From the NCBI GenBank assembly GCA_963786955.1, contig CAWBAT010000008.1, positions 128,001 through 192,000 of the forward strand: DNA of 64,000 bases, in the 5' to 3' direction. Origin of the DNA: an uncultured Acidimicrobiia bacterium (lineage in GTDB: Bacteria > Acidobacteriota > Terriglobia > Versatilivoradales > Versatilivoraceae). Positions 1 to 8,929 of the stretch are shown here, piece by piece (the stretch's first letter is position 1; the number at the start of each line of letters is the position of its first letter). Both the position numbers and the translations under genes were made by a program. The notes below the pieces were generated by a model. That model saw only the letters and a program-made list of their open reading frames with translations. It was not told the DNA's origin and made no database searches.

Positions 1-25
1 ATGTTGGCGAACACGGTTTGTCCTC

Positions 26-2575
26 GTGCCATTACTTCTTGGTACGATGCAGGGTCTGCTGCGGGCTGAAGAAGCGAATCTGAAAAGTCTTCCTCCCGCG
101 GCAAACACCCAGGTGGATTTCTATCGAGACATTGAGCCCCTTTTCAAAGAGAAATGTCTGTCCTGTCATGGGTTTGTCCAACAGTTGGGGGGGCTTCGCC
201 TGGATGGCCGGGAAGCCAGCCTGGCTGGAGGGAACAGCGGCGTCGCGATAAAGCCCGGCAATAGTGCTGACAGCCGGCTAATTCAACTCGTGGCAGGTCT
301 CAACAAAGACTTGAGAATGCCGCTGACGGGGGATCCTCTGAGTTCTGAACAAGTCGGCTTACTGCGCGCCTGGATCGACCAAGGAGCCGTCTGGCCCGAT
401 CCGGCAGGGTCTGCCAAATCGGCCTCTCCAGTTGGAGCCCAGCGGCCGAAGATCAAACATTGGGCATTTATCCCGCCCCAACGTCCGAAGCTGCCCAGAG
501 TCAAGAACGCCAGCTGGATCCGAAACCCAATCGACCCATTTGTATTGGCCAGGCTGGAGAAAGAAAGCATCCAGCCTTCGGTTGAAGCGGACCGGGAAAC
601 CTTGATCCGTCGCCTGAGTCTGGATTTGATCGGGCTGCCTCCTACCCCCGAGGAAGTTGCTGAATTCCTGGCCGACAAGCAGCCCGACGCCTATGAACGG
701 CTGGTCGATCGCCTGCTGGCCTCTGAACATTATGGCGAAAAGTGGGCGCGCCATTGGCTCGACCTAGCTCGCTACGCAGACAGTGACGGCTATGAAGAGG
801 ACATGATCCGGCCGAATGCCTGGCGCTGGCGTCATTGGGTCATTGAGGCCATCAATCGAAACATGCCCTTCGACGAGTTCACGATCGAGCAGCTGGCCGG
901 GGATCTTTTGCCCAATGCCACTCTGGAACAGAAGGTTGCAACCGGCTTCAATCGGAATACCCTGACTAACCGTGAGGGTGGAGTCAACAGGGAAGAATTT
1001 CGGACTGAGCAAGTTGTCGATAGGACCGCAACGATCGGGACGGTCTGGCTGGGCCTGACCCTGGGTTGTGCGCGTTGCCATGATCATAAATACGATCCCA
1101 TTAGTCAGAAGGAGTTTTATCAGCTCTATGCCTTTTTCAATACGGCAACCGAGGTCAATTTTGATGCGCCGCTTCCGGTAGAACGCGGACCTTTTCTGCT
1201 GAAGCAACCGGAATATGAAAAAAAACGCGCGACCCTTCTGGAAGAATTCAAGGTTGCGGAATTACAAGTCGAATGGGAGAAGAAAGTGCGTGATGCGGCC
1301 GCACACCCGGGCGTTGATTTCGCTTCGGACTTTCAGTTGGAATTACTGAGGGTCAAGATGGATGGGGGTGAGGAGATTCTCATGCTGGCGCCAGAGAAAC
1401 GGACCCCCAAGCAAAAGAGAATCCTGACAGACCAATTTGTCAAGTTCTCTCGTTTTAACGAATTAAACACCCGTCTGAATGCGTTGGCGGAAGAATATCC
1501 GGCGTTGACTGAGGCCCTAGGGATTGCGGAAAACCCTCACCCTCCCAAGACGCATGTTTTGATCCGGGGAAACTTCCTCCAGCCCGGGATTGAAGTCCAG
1601 CCAGGGACTCCAGCGATTTTGCCTCCTCTTGCAACAGACTCAAAGCTTTCCCGACTCAGGCTGGCTCGTTGGCTGGTCTCCAGTGACAATCCGTTGACGG
1701 CACGAGTGACCATGAATCGCACCTGGCAGGAATTTTTCGGGCGGGGTTTGGTAGATCCCCCGCAGGACTTTGGTCTCAGGTCGAGTCCTCCCACGCATCC
1801 TGAATTGCTGGATTGGTTGGCGACCGAATTCGTCTCCAGCGGATGGAATGTCAAGAAGATGCATAAACTGCTGGTGATGTCCGCCACATACCGGCAGTCT
1901 TCCAATACGAGAAAAGATCTGGAAGCCCGGGACCCGGACAACAAATTGCTGGCGCGACAAACGCGTCTTCGTTTGCCTGCAGAACAGGTCCGGGACGTTG
2001 TACTCGCGGCAAGCGGGCTGTTGAATCCAAGCATTGGGGGGCGAAGCGTCCGGCCTCCCCAGCCAGCCGGTGGAGCGGGGATGAACTCCTTAACCAAATG
2101 GAAAGAGAGCGAAGGGGCGGACCGGTATCGCCGCGGACTCTATATTTTATTTCAGAGGCGTTACCCCTATCCGCAGCTCGTCACCTTTGATGCTCCGAAT
2201 TCCTTAAATTCCTGTCCCCGTCGGGAGCGATCGACGACGCCTCTGCAAGCGCTGACATTACTGAACGATCCTGTTTTTTTTGAGGCTGCCCAAGCTTTGG
2301 CCGTGCGCCTGCTACAGGAGAGGAAGGGAGATGCGGGAGAGCGGATTGATTATGCGTACCAATTGTGTCTGGCTCGCTCTCCTCGCCCTGACGAAAGAGA
2401 GCGGCTGATGGAGTATCTCCACGAACGGAAGAAAATGTTGGAACAGAAGCCTGAGTCCATCGAAAAAATCTTTCCGGCTAAAAGTTTAGAAGGAATCAAT
2501 CCGGCCGAAGGGGCTCTCTGGATCGGGATCAGCCGGGTCTTGCTGAATCTGGAAGAATTCATCACAAGAGGGTAA
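26..2575 (+). CDS. Planctomycete cytochrome c / DUF1549 (PSCyt2) / DUF1553 (PSD1) domain protein
   Basis: Two CxxCH motifs (CLSCH, CARCH) and family-typical segments (RRLSLDLIGLPP, YGEKWARHWLDLARYADSDG, HPELLDWLA, TTPLQALTLLND). The frame is open back to the window edge, so the true start may be upstream. Confidence 0.9.
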   Translation: MPLLLGTMQGLLRAEEANLKSLPPAANTQVDFYRDIEPLFKEKCLSCHGFVQQLGGLRLDGREASLAGGNSGVAIKPGNSADSRLIQLVAGLNKDLRMPLTGDPLSSEQVGLLRAWIDQGAVWPDPAGSAKSASPVGAQRPKIKHWAFIPPQRPKLPRVKNASWIRNPIDPFVLARLEKESIQPSVEADRETLIRRLSLDLIGLPPTPEEVAEFLADKQPDAYERLVDRLLASEHYGEKWARHWLDLARYADSDGYEEDMIRPNAWRWRHWVIEAINRNMPFDEFTIEQLAGDLLPNATLEQKVATGFNRNTLTNREGGVNREEFRTEQVVDRTATIGTVWLGLTLGCARCHDHKYDPISQKEFYQLYAFFNTATEVNFDAPLPVERGPFLLKQPEYEKKRATLLEEFKVAELQVEWEKKVRDAAAHPGVDFASDFQLELLRVKMDGGEEILMLAPEKRTPKQKRILTDQFVKFSRFNELNTRLNALAEEYPALTEALGIAENPHPPKTHVLIRGNFLQPGIEVQPGTPAILPPLATDSKLSRLRLARWLVSSDNPLTARVTMNRTWQEFFGRGLVDPPQDFGLRSSPPTHPELLDWLATEFVSSGWNVKKMHKLLVMSATYRQSSNTRKDLEARDPDNKLLARQTRLRLPAEQVRDVVLAASGLLNPSIGGRSVRPPQPAGGAGMNSLTKWKESEGADRYRRGLYILFQRRYPYPQLVTFDAPNSLNSCPRRERSTTPLQALTLLNDPVFFEAAQALAVRLLQERKGDAGERIDYAYQLCLARSPRPDERERLMEYLHERKKMLEQKPESIEKIFPAKSLEGINPAEGALWIGISRVLLNLEEFITRG

Positions 2576-2577
2576 CT

Positions 2578-4026
2578 ATGAACTTTTTAGAGTTCCAGCG
2601 CCTTCAAGCACGGCGCGGTTTCCTGCAGCAATGTGCCGGTGGGCTGGGAACCATTGCGCTCTGGCATCTGATGGCCGGTGAAGGGAGAACGGCCATTCCA
2701 GAAGGTTCTCTCCCAGACGTCAACCCGCTAAGGCCCAAGGCGGCTCATTTTGCAGGGAAGGCCAAGAACGTCATTTTTTTGTTCATGGAAGGTGGACCTA
2801 GCCAGCTCGATTTGTTTGATCCGAAGCCCGGGCTGAGCAAGTGGGATGGCCAGTCCTTGCCGCCATCCATGACCAAGGATCTGAAGCTGGCCTTTATCAA
2901 GCCCGATGCCAAGGTTTGGTCGAGCCCGCGCACGTTCACCCGATCCGGCCAATGCGGCATGGAATTTTCTGATTACCTGCCGTATACGGCGGCCTGCGCA
3001 GATGATATTTGCATGATTCGTTCCATGGTGACGGATCAGTTCAACCATCATCCAGGCCAACTCATGATCACTTCCGGCACAGGATTGCTCGGGCGTCCCA
3101 CAATGGGAGCCTGGGTGACCTATGGGTTAGGAAGCGAATCGCAAGACCTTCCGGGATTTGTTGCCTTGACTTCAGGGGGCGCTTCTCCGGGCGCCGGCAG
3201 CGGCAATTGGGGTAATGGCTTTCTACCTTCCGTCTATCAGGGAGTTCCGTTTCGAGGCACAGGGGATCCGGTTCTTAACTTGTCCAATATTCCGGGAGTC
3301 GACACGGAAGATCAGCGGATGACACTCGATGCCATTCGCGACTTGAACCAACAGAGTTTTCTGCGTGCGGGGGATATGGAGATTGCATCTCGCATTGCTT
3401 CCTATGAATTGGCATTCCGGATGCAGTCGGTCGGACCGGAACTGCTGGATTTTTCGAAGGAGACCCCCGCCACGTTGGAGATGTATGGCGTCAACAAAGA
3501 GCCGACCCGCCCTTTCGCCACCAATTGCCTATTGGCCAGGCGCATGATTGAGCGCGGAGTGAGATTCGTCCAAATAATGCATTCGACCTGGGATGATCAT
3601 TCCGACTTGAATAAGAAATTGAAGAAGAACTGCGAAATCACCGACCAGCCCACCGCCGCTTTACTCAAAGACTTGAGACAGCGCGGGCTGTTGGACAATA
3701 CGCTGGTCATCTGGGGAAGTGAATTCGGCCGCACCCCTATGGTTCAGAGTCTTGGGCTCGCCGGGGAGAGTTGGGGCCGGGATCATCATCCTTTGGCCTT
3801 CACCGTGTGGATGGCGGGTGGGGGTGTCAAACCCGGCCAGGTCATTGGCAAGACAGACGACCTCTGCTTCAACGTGGTCGAAGATAAGATCCACGTCCAC
3901 GACCTGCATGCCACCATTCTTTATTGCTTGGGTTTGGAACACAAACGGCTCACCTATCGCCACGAAGGAAGAGATTTTCGACTTACCGACGTATCCGGCG
4001 AGGTTGTGCAAAAGCTGCTCGCCTGA
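2578..4026 (+). CDS. DUF1501 domain (sulfatase-like) protein with Tat signal
   Basis: RRGFL Tat motif; KAKNVIFLFMEGGPSQLDLFDPKP, SEFGRTP and GRDHHP motifs; usual partner of the upstream PSD1 gene, 2 bp gap. Confidence 0.9.
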   Translation: MNFLEFQRLQARRGFLQQCAGGLGTIALWHLMAGEGRTAIPEGSLPDVNPLRPKAAHFAGKAKNVIFLFMEGGPSQLDLFDPKPGLSKWDGQSLPPSMTKDLKLAFIKPDAKVWSSPRTFTRSGQCGMEFSDYLPYTAACADDICMIRSMVTDQFNHHPGQLMITSGTGLLGRPTMGAWVTYGLGSESQDLPGFVALTSGGASPGAGSGNWGNGFLPSVYQGVPFRGTGDPVLNLSNIPGVDTEDQRMTLDAIRDLNQQSFLRAGDMEIASRIASYELAFRMQSVGPELLDFSKETPATLEMYGVNKEPTRPFATNCLLARRMIERGVRFVQIMHSTWDDHSDLNKKLKKNCEITDQPTAALLKDLRQRGLLDNTLVIWGSEFGRTPMVQSLGLAGESWGRDHHPLAFTVWMAGGGVKPGQVIGKTDDLCFNVVEDKIHVHDLHATILYCLGLEHKRLTYRHEGRDFRLTDVSGEVVQKLLA

Positions 4027-4031
4027 TCGGT

Positions 4032-4322
4032 ATGCCAGCGCTTGAGTTCACGGCTCCATGGGTCGGACTCTTCGAGATTGTTTGCGGCATTTTGATGATC
4101 GCCGACCTGCTGACCCGGTTGGCAGCTATTCCTTTGATCGTCATCATGCTCTCCGCCATCTGCACCACCAAGTCCCCCCTGTTAGTTCACAAAGGTTTCT
4201 GGGCCATGGCCCAAGACCCTCGCCCGGATTGGTCCATGCTTCTCGGTTCCATTGTTTTGCTCTTGATGGGTGCGGGACGATGGCTAATTGACGACTACTG
4301 GGAATCAAATCTGGCAGGTTGA
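4032..4322 (+). pseudogene. N-terminally truncated DoxX family membrane protein
   Basis: APWVGLFEIVCGILMI..LLTRLAAIPL..GFWAMA..DWSMLLGS..LLLMGAGRW matches the C-terminal two-thirds of ChrA-associated DoxX proteins. The first TM helix is missing and the fragment abuts the DUF1501 stop. Confidence 0.65.
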
Positions 4323-4323
4323 C

Positions 4324-5532
4324 ATGACTGAGCCTGAAGATGTCGGGTCCGAAACTCCGCTTCCATCCGCGCGAAACACATCCCTGAGAGAGATTGCTTT
4401 CCTCTTTCTCAAGTTGGGGAGCATCGCCTTTGGCGGCCCGGCGGCACACATCGCCATGATGGAGGCAGAGGTTGTTCGCCGCCGTCGCTGGTTGTCCCGG
4501 GAAGAGTTTCTGGATCTCTTGGGTGCCACGAACCTGATTCCCGGTCCCAACTCGACGGAGTTGGCGATCCATATTGGGCATCGCCAGGCTGGGTGGGCAG
4601 GATTGCTCGTAGCCGGAAGTTGTTTCATTCTCCCGGCAGTTTTCATCGTCTCTGCTTTTGCCTGGGCCTACGTCCGATACGGCTCACTACCGGAGATCGC
4701 CGGAATTTTGTACGGTGTGAAGCCGGTGATAATCGCGATAGTTCTGCAAGCCCTTTGGGGACTTGGGCGCTCCGCCCTTAAAACCAGGTTTCTGGGAATT
4801 GTGGCTGCAACGGGCGTGGCCCTTGGCTTTATTGGGATCCACGAGCTGGTCATCCTTCTGGGATGTGGAGTGGGAGTCGCCCTTCAAGTGGGGATCATCA
4901 GCCGGAAGCGCGGCCAAGGACTCGCTTCGTTTTTTGCTAGCGTGCCAGTCGCGCTGGCTTCAACAGGAGGAGTCTCCGGGAGCCTTATGACTGCTGCTTC
5001 TTTCTCACTGTGGTCGCTGTTTCTGTTTTTTCTGAAGGTCGGCTCGGTGCTGTTTGGAAGCGGTTATGTGCTCCTGGCGTTTCTGCACGCGGATCTGGTA
5101 GAGCGCTGGCACTGGCTGAGCGAATCACAATTGTTGGACGCCATCGCCATCGGCCAGGCGACGCCGGGCCCGGTCTTTACGACCGCCACGTTCATCGGGT
5201 ACGTTCTGGGAGGGGCTAAGGGGGCCGCTGTCGCAACCCTGGGAATCTTTCTTCCTGCGTTTATTTTTGTGGCCGTGAGTGGCCCAGTGGTTCCCCGAAT
5301 GCGGCGATCTGTGACCGCGGGAGCATTCCTCGACGGCGTCAACGCCGCCTGTCTCGCCTTGATGACGGTGGTGACTTGGCAGCTCGCCAAAGCTAGTTTG
5401 GTTGATTCGATGAGTGTTCTTTTGTTAGCGATGAGTCTGATTCTACTGGCGAGATTCCACTTCAATTCAATGTGGCTTGTTCTAGGAGGAGCCTTGGTGA
5501 GACTGCTGACTCACTGGTTTCGACTTCTCTAG
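4324..5532 (+). CDS. chrA: Chromate efflux transporter (long-chain CHR)
   Basis: Duplicated CHR motifs FLKLGSIAFGGPAAH..IPGPNSTE and FLKVGSVLFGSGY..TPGPVFTTATFIGY. Confidence 0.92.
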   Translation: MTEPEDVGSETPLPSARNTSLREIAFLFLKLGSIAFGGPAAHIAMMEAEVVRRRRWLSREEFLDLLGATNLIPGPNSTELAIHIGHRQAGWAGLLVAGSCFILPAVFIVSAFAWAYVRYGSLPEIAGILYGVKPVIIAIVLQALWGLGRSALKTRFLGIVAATGVALGFIGIHELVILLGCGVGVALQVGIISRKRGQGLASFFASVPVALASTGGVSGSLMTAASFSLWSLFLFFLKVGSVLFGSGYVLLAFLHADLVERWHWLSESQLLDAIAIGQATPGPVFTTATFIGYVLGGAKGAAVATLGIFLPAFIFVAVSGPVVPRMRRSVTAGAFLDGVNAACLALMTVVTWQLAKASLVDSMSVLLLAMSLILLARFHFNSMWLVLGGALVRLLTHWFRLL

Positions 5533-5594
5533 GCACTCGCTGGGACAGATCGATTTTCTTAGACATCAGAAGGGCGGGACACCTAAAGAAGACT

Positions 5595-5681
5595 CATTTG
5601 TCATTGTTGATTGTTCATTTCTCATTTTCCATTGAGAAGCTTAAATGAGAAATGGTAAATGGTAATTGACCAATGGCAAAT
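5595..5681. repeat. Heptamer-periodic inverted repeat (CATTTGT-type units facing AATGGTA-type units)
   Basis: CATTTGT CATTGTT GATTGTT CATTTCT CATTTTC CATT, a 10-nt loop, then AATGAGA AATGGTA AATGGTA ATTGACC AATGGCA AAT. Confidence 0.75.
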
Positions 5682-5768
5682 AAGATAGCTGGAAGAGGTC
5701 ATCAACCGCAGCTTTGCCGAACGGGATTTTTTCAATTCCCCAGCGTGGAAGAAACTAGATATCATCGG

Positions 5769-5810
5769 CTCTCCTCTCCCCAACGCGGAAGAGGGGCTGG
5801 GGGTGAGGGA
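5769..5810. repeat. REP-like palindrome family 1 (CCCTCTCCC-N5-7-GGGAGAGGG, often followed by GGGGTGAGGG)
   Basis: ctcctctccccaacgcggaagaggggctgggggtgaggga. Related copies near 10551-10595, 13014-13061, 17396-17416, 41377-41414, 49857-49880, 50806-50830, 54491-54528, 56725-56753 and 62365-62397. Confidence 0.75.
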
Positions 5811-5947
5811 GAACTTCACACGGGCTGAGGGCAAGATCCACCGCATGGCAGGCGACGCCGACGGAAAACGCGGCCTCGTGGCATTCGGCCCTCCAGTCCA
5901 GGTGAACATCCGAGCAGAACTAAAAGCGAGAAAATCTAAATCTTAAA

Positions 5948-6853
5948 TCATCGTTCCTTCAGGAATGTTCCATTATGGAGCTCGGCGTAGGCCTGCCGCA
6001 ATTCTTCCTCCGTATTCATCACGATGGGGCCGCGCCAGGCAACCGGCTCCTCGAGCGGCTTTCCAGAGACCAGCAAGAATCGGATCCCGGCGTCTCCCGC
6101 TTGCACGGTCACTTCATCCCCCGTGTCGAAAAGGACGAGGGAACGATTCCCAGTCTCATCGATCGTTGTCTTGTCTGCTGATCCCACCTTTTCCGTCTTG
6201 ACGGCAACCGGTTCGGAGGCGTCGCGAAATGTACCCGCCCCTTCAAACACATAAGCAAACGCATGCCGGTTCGTCTCGACGGGCAGTATCTTTCGCCTAC
6301 CGGGTGGCACCCACACGTCTAGATAGCGCGGATCGGCGGCGACCCCTTCTACTGGCCCCTTTTTCCCCCAGAAACTCCCGCAGACGATGCGGACAGTCGT
6401 TTCGTCATCGTCAACAACCACCGGGATATCACCGGACAAGACGTCCTGGTAGCGCGGAGCCGTCATCTTCAGCGAGGCGGGCAGATTTGCCCAGAGTTGG
6501 AAGCCGTGCATTCGACCCTTCCCATCGCCCTTAGGCATTTCTTGATGGAGAATCCCGCTGCCGGCGGTCATCCACTGCACATCGCCGGCTCCTAACGTCC
6601 CCTGATTTCCCAAACTATCACCGTGGCTCACGTTTCCCGCGAGGACGTAGGTGATGGTCTCGATGCCTCGATGCGGGTGCCACGGAAACCCGGCGAGATA
6701 GTCCTCGGGATTCTCGTTGCGAAAGTCGTCCAGCAACAGGAACGGATCAAAGTCGCTCGTTTTTCCAAAACCAAACGCGCGCCGCAATCGTACCCCCGCG
6801 CCTTCGACTGTGGGCTGGGATTGAGTGATTCGCTTAATCGGTCGTATCGACAT
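5948..6853 (-). CDS. Pirin family protein
   Basis: EGAGV, DPFLLLD, GFPWHPHRGIETITY, VQWMTAGSGILHQEMP, QLWANLP and GPIVMNT motifs. Confidence 0.95.
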   Translation of the reverse strand: MSIRPIKRITQSQPTVEGAGVRLRRAFGFGKTSDFDPFLLLDDFRNENPEDYLAGFPWHPHRGIETITYVLAGNVSHGDSLGNQGTLGAGDVQWMTAGSGILHQEMPKGDGKGRMHGFQLWANLPASLKMTAPRYQDVLSGDIPVVVDDDETTVRIVCGSFWGKKGPVEGVAADPRYLDVWVPPGRRKILPVETNRHAFAYVFEGAGTFRDASEPVAVKTEKVGSADKTTIDETGNRSLVLFDTGDEVTVQAGDAGIRFLLVSGKPLEEPVAWRGPIVMNTEEELRQAYAELHNGTFLKER

Positions 6854-7060
6854 GGCTCCTCCAGATATTGTTACTGCCTGACGTTGCCTCGTGAGTTGTG
6901 CCGTCGGCCAGCATGGCTAAGTGCTTCTTCTCATCGATTCTTCCACGCTAACATGAGTATAACATCGAGAAGACCAGTTGCTAAGCTCAGGCCCTACTCA
7001 TGTGCTCAAAACACACGAAGAGATAAAAATTTGTCAGCCGGGCAGACCCTGCTCACTCAT

Positions 7061-8929
7061 TCAGGAATTTGGCTCAATCTTGATGACACGGAGACCGCCT
7101 CCCGGGGTTTTATCGCGTTGAACCGTTATTGCAAACTCGCCCAAGTCCTTTTCCATATAGATTTTGCTTTTAGCTCCAGGCCAGAGTTCGGTGATGGTGT
7201 AGTTGGTGTGTCCCGTCATCCCGATTTCCTTAAGGGGGATTTGTAACCGGATGTGGGCATCTTGCGTCGTATTTCGATTCGCGACCAGCAGGATCGCCGC
7301 ACGCTCGTTCCATCGAATATAAGGAACCGGAACGGCAATTTCTGGCTCGCAAGGCACCGCGATCAGATGAGGTTCTTTATCAGCCGAGGAGAGGGCCAAG
7401 ACACGGGCTTCCTGCCTGCGGATGGCGATCATCGTTTTCACATCTTCAAACATGGAAGCGTGCTCTGGGCTTCTCAACTCGTTCCAGTCGAGCATGGTTC
7501 CGCAGAGCCAGCGACCCTTCCCAAGATCTTGGCCGCCAAATAAGTGAGCGGATAACCAGGGGATCGGCCGGTACGTCGCATCAAATTCTTCTCCAGCGAA
7601 GAAAATCGGGATCATGGGTGTGAAAAGGCAAGAGTAGCCGAACAACGCCCGGCTACCTTGAGCCACGTAAGGATTTTTGTCTGCCGGGAATCCTTCCCAA
7701 CCCTCGTCGTGGGAACTGAGTTGGATGCAAGGCCAGCCGTAGGCAAGCGTGGCTAAGTAGAGCTGGACGGAAGGCGGTTTCCCTTCGACGGCCAGAAGAC
7801 GTGCGTTTCTTTCCCAGCGGGTCTGCCATTGCCCGCCCATATCATCCTGGACGACGATTTCCTCGATGGGCTTCGAGGCCACATTCTCAACCGTAAGCTG
7901 GATATCCGGGATTCCATCGGCATGATCATCATTGATGCGCCGGCAAATCTTGTCAGCAATCAAGCCGTCCAGCCGGATGTGCAGCGCGCCTTGGCCGTTG
8001 GTGTCGCCGCTCGCCCTTGTTCCATCATCTGCATATTGGATCTCCACCCGGTAATATCCTTTTCTGCCGAAGATTCGAGCGTAAAATCCGGGGATGTCAT
8101 GGACCAGGTGAGGATTCAGATTGCCCGGTGGAGGGATCCGCAGCATCCGGTCATGTTGGGTGAAATCGGTGACTCCCGGGATCACGGCATCATCTTCTTC
8201 GAAGAGAACAATCTCATGCCCAGCACGAGCCGCGTTTTGTCGAATTCTCTCCCAAAGGTCCGGCCGGTAAATCCGGTGGTCCAAGCGGAACCCATCCGCT
8301 CCATACTGGGTCACATACTTGGTCCACACATTTACCCACCAGTCATCAAGATCCGTGTGTCCGCCCCGCCAGTCGTAGTCGGTCATCCGCCAACTGCCAC
8401 CGCGAAACCAGTGGGGGTGTTCTTTGATCAAAGGGCTGAAACTCAAAATGCCGTGTACATGGACGTCCAGAAACACCCGAATCCCGCGCTCGTGCGCGTT
8501 GGCGATAAGTGCCTTGAATTCCTCGGGAGTGCCCAGGGAAGGGTCAATAGTCTGCGGTTCGATGTTCGCGTATTGGGTCCAGATGTTATAGAAATGGTGA
8601 GCGTCGGCGAGCGAATGACCGCTGAGCCAGATGCCCGTGATCCCCAGTTCCTGAAGATAGGGTAACCTGGTTTGAAGACTTTTGAATGTGCCCGATTCGG
8701 GTCCGTTTGGCGAAGTAAATCCCTTGGTTGCGATCTCATAGATGATCAAGTCTCGGGCCCAATCGGGTGAGGGTGGCTGCATGGACGCTGTTCCTACGCC
8801 GGGTGTCGCCTCCGGATTGGCCGTAATCAACCCGGTGGAGCTTGCCAACAAGCCCGCCCCGACAGTGGAACTGGTCTTTAGGAAATTGCGTCGCGACGAG
8901 TTCATCGAATTACTGCGATTATTTTCCAC
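7061..8929 (-). CDS. Tat-exported alpha-amylase (GH13/clan GH-H)-like glycoside hydrolase with an inserted domain
   Basis: SRRNFLK Tat motif; IIYEI, LPYLQELGITGIWL, IDPSLGTPEEFKALIANAHERGIRVFLDV; candidate catalytic triad DGFRLD / FEE / SHD; IPIFFAGEE. Confidence 0.75.
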   Translation of the reverse strand: MENNRSNSMNSSRRNFLKTSSTVGAGLLASSTGLITANPEATPGVGTASMQPPSPDWARDLIIYEIATKGFTSPNGPESGTFKSLQTRLPYLQELGITGIWLSGHSLADAHHFYNIWTQYANIEPQTIDPSLGTPEEFKALIANAHERGIRVFLDVHVHGILSFSPLIKEHPHWFRGGSWRMTDYDWRGGHTDLDDWWVNVWTKYVTQYGADGFRLDHRIYRPDLWERIRQNAARAGHEIVLFEEDDAVIPGVTDFTQHDRMLRIPPPGNLNPHLVHDIPGFYARIFGRKGYYRVEIQYADDGTRASGDTNGQGALHIRLDGLIADKICRRINDDHADGIPDIQLTVENVASKPIEEIVVQDDMGGQWQTRWERNARLLAVEGKPPSVQLYLATLAYGWPCIQLSSHDEGWEGFPADKNPYVAQGSRALFGYSCLFTPMIPIFFAGEEFDATYRPIPWLSAHLFGGQDLGKGRWLCGTMLDWNELRSPEHASMFEDVKTMIAIRRQEARVLALSSADKEPHLIAVPCEPEIAVPVPYIRWNERAAILLVANRNTTQDAHIRLQIPLKEIGMTGHTNYTITELWPGAKSKIYMEKDLGEFAITVQRDKTPGGGLRVIKIEPNS

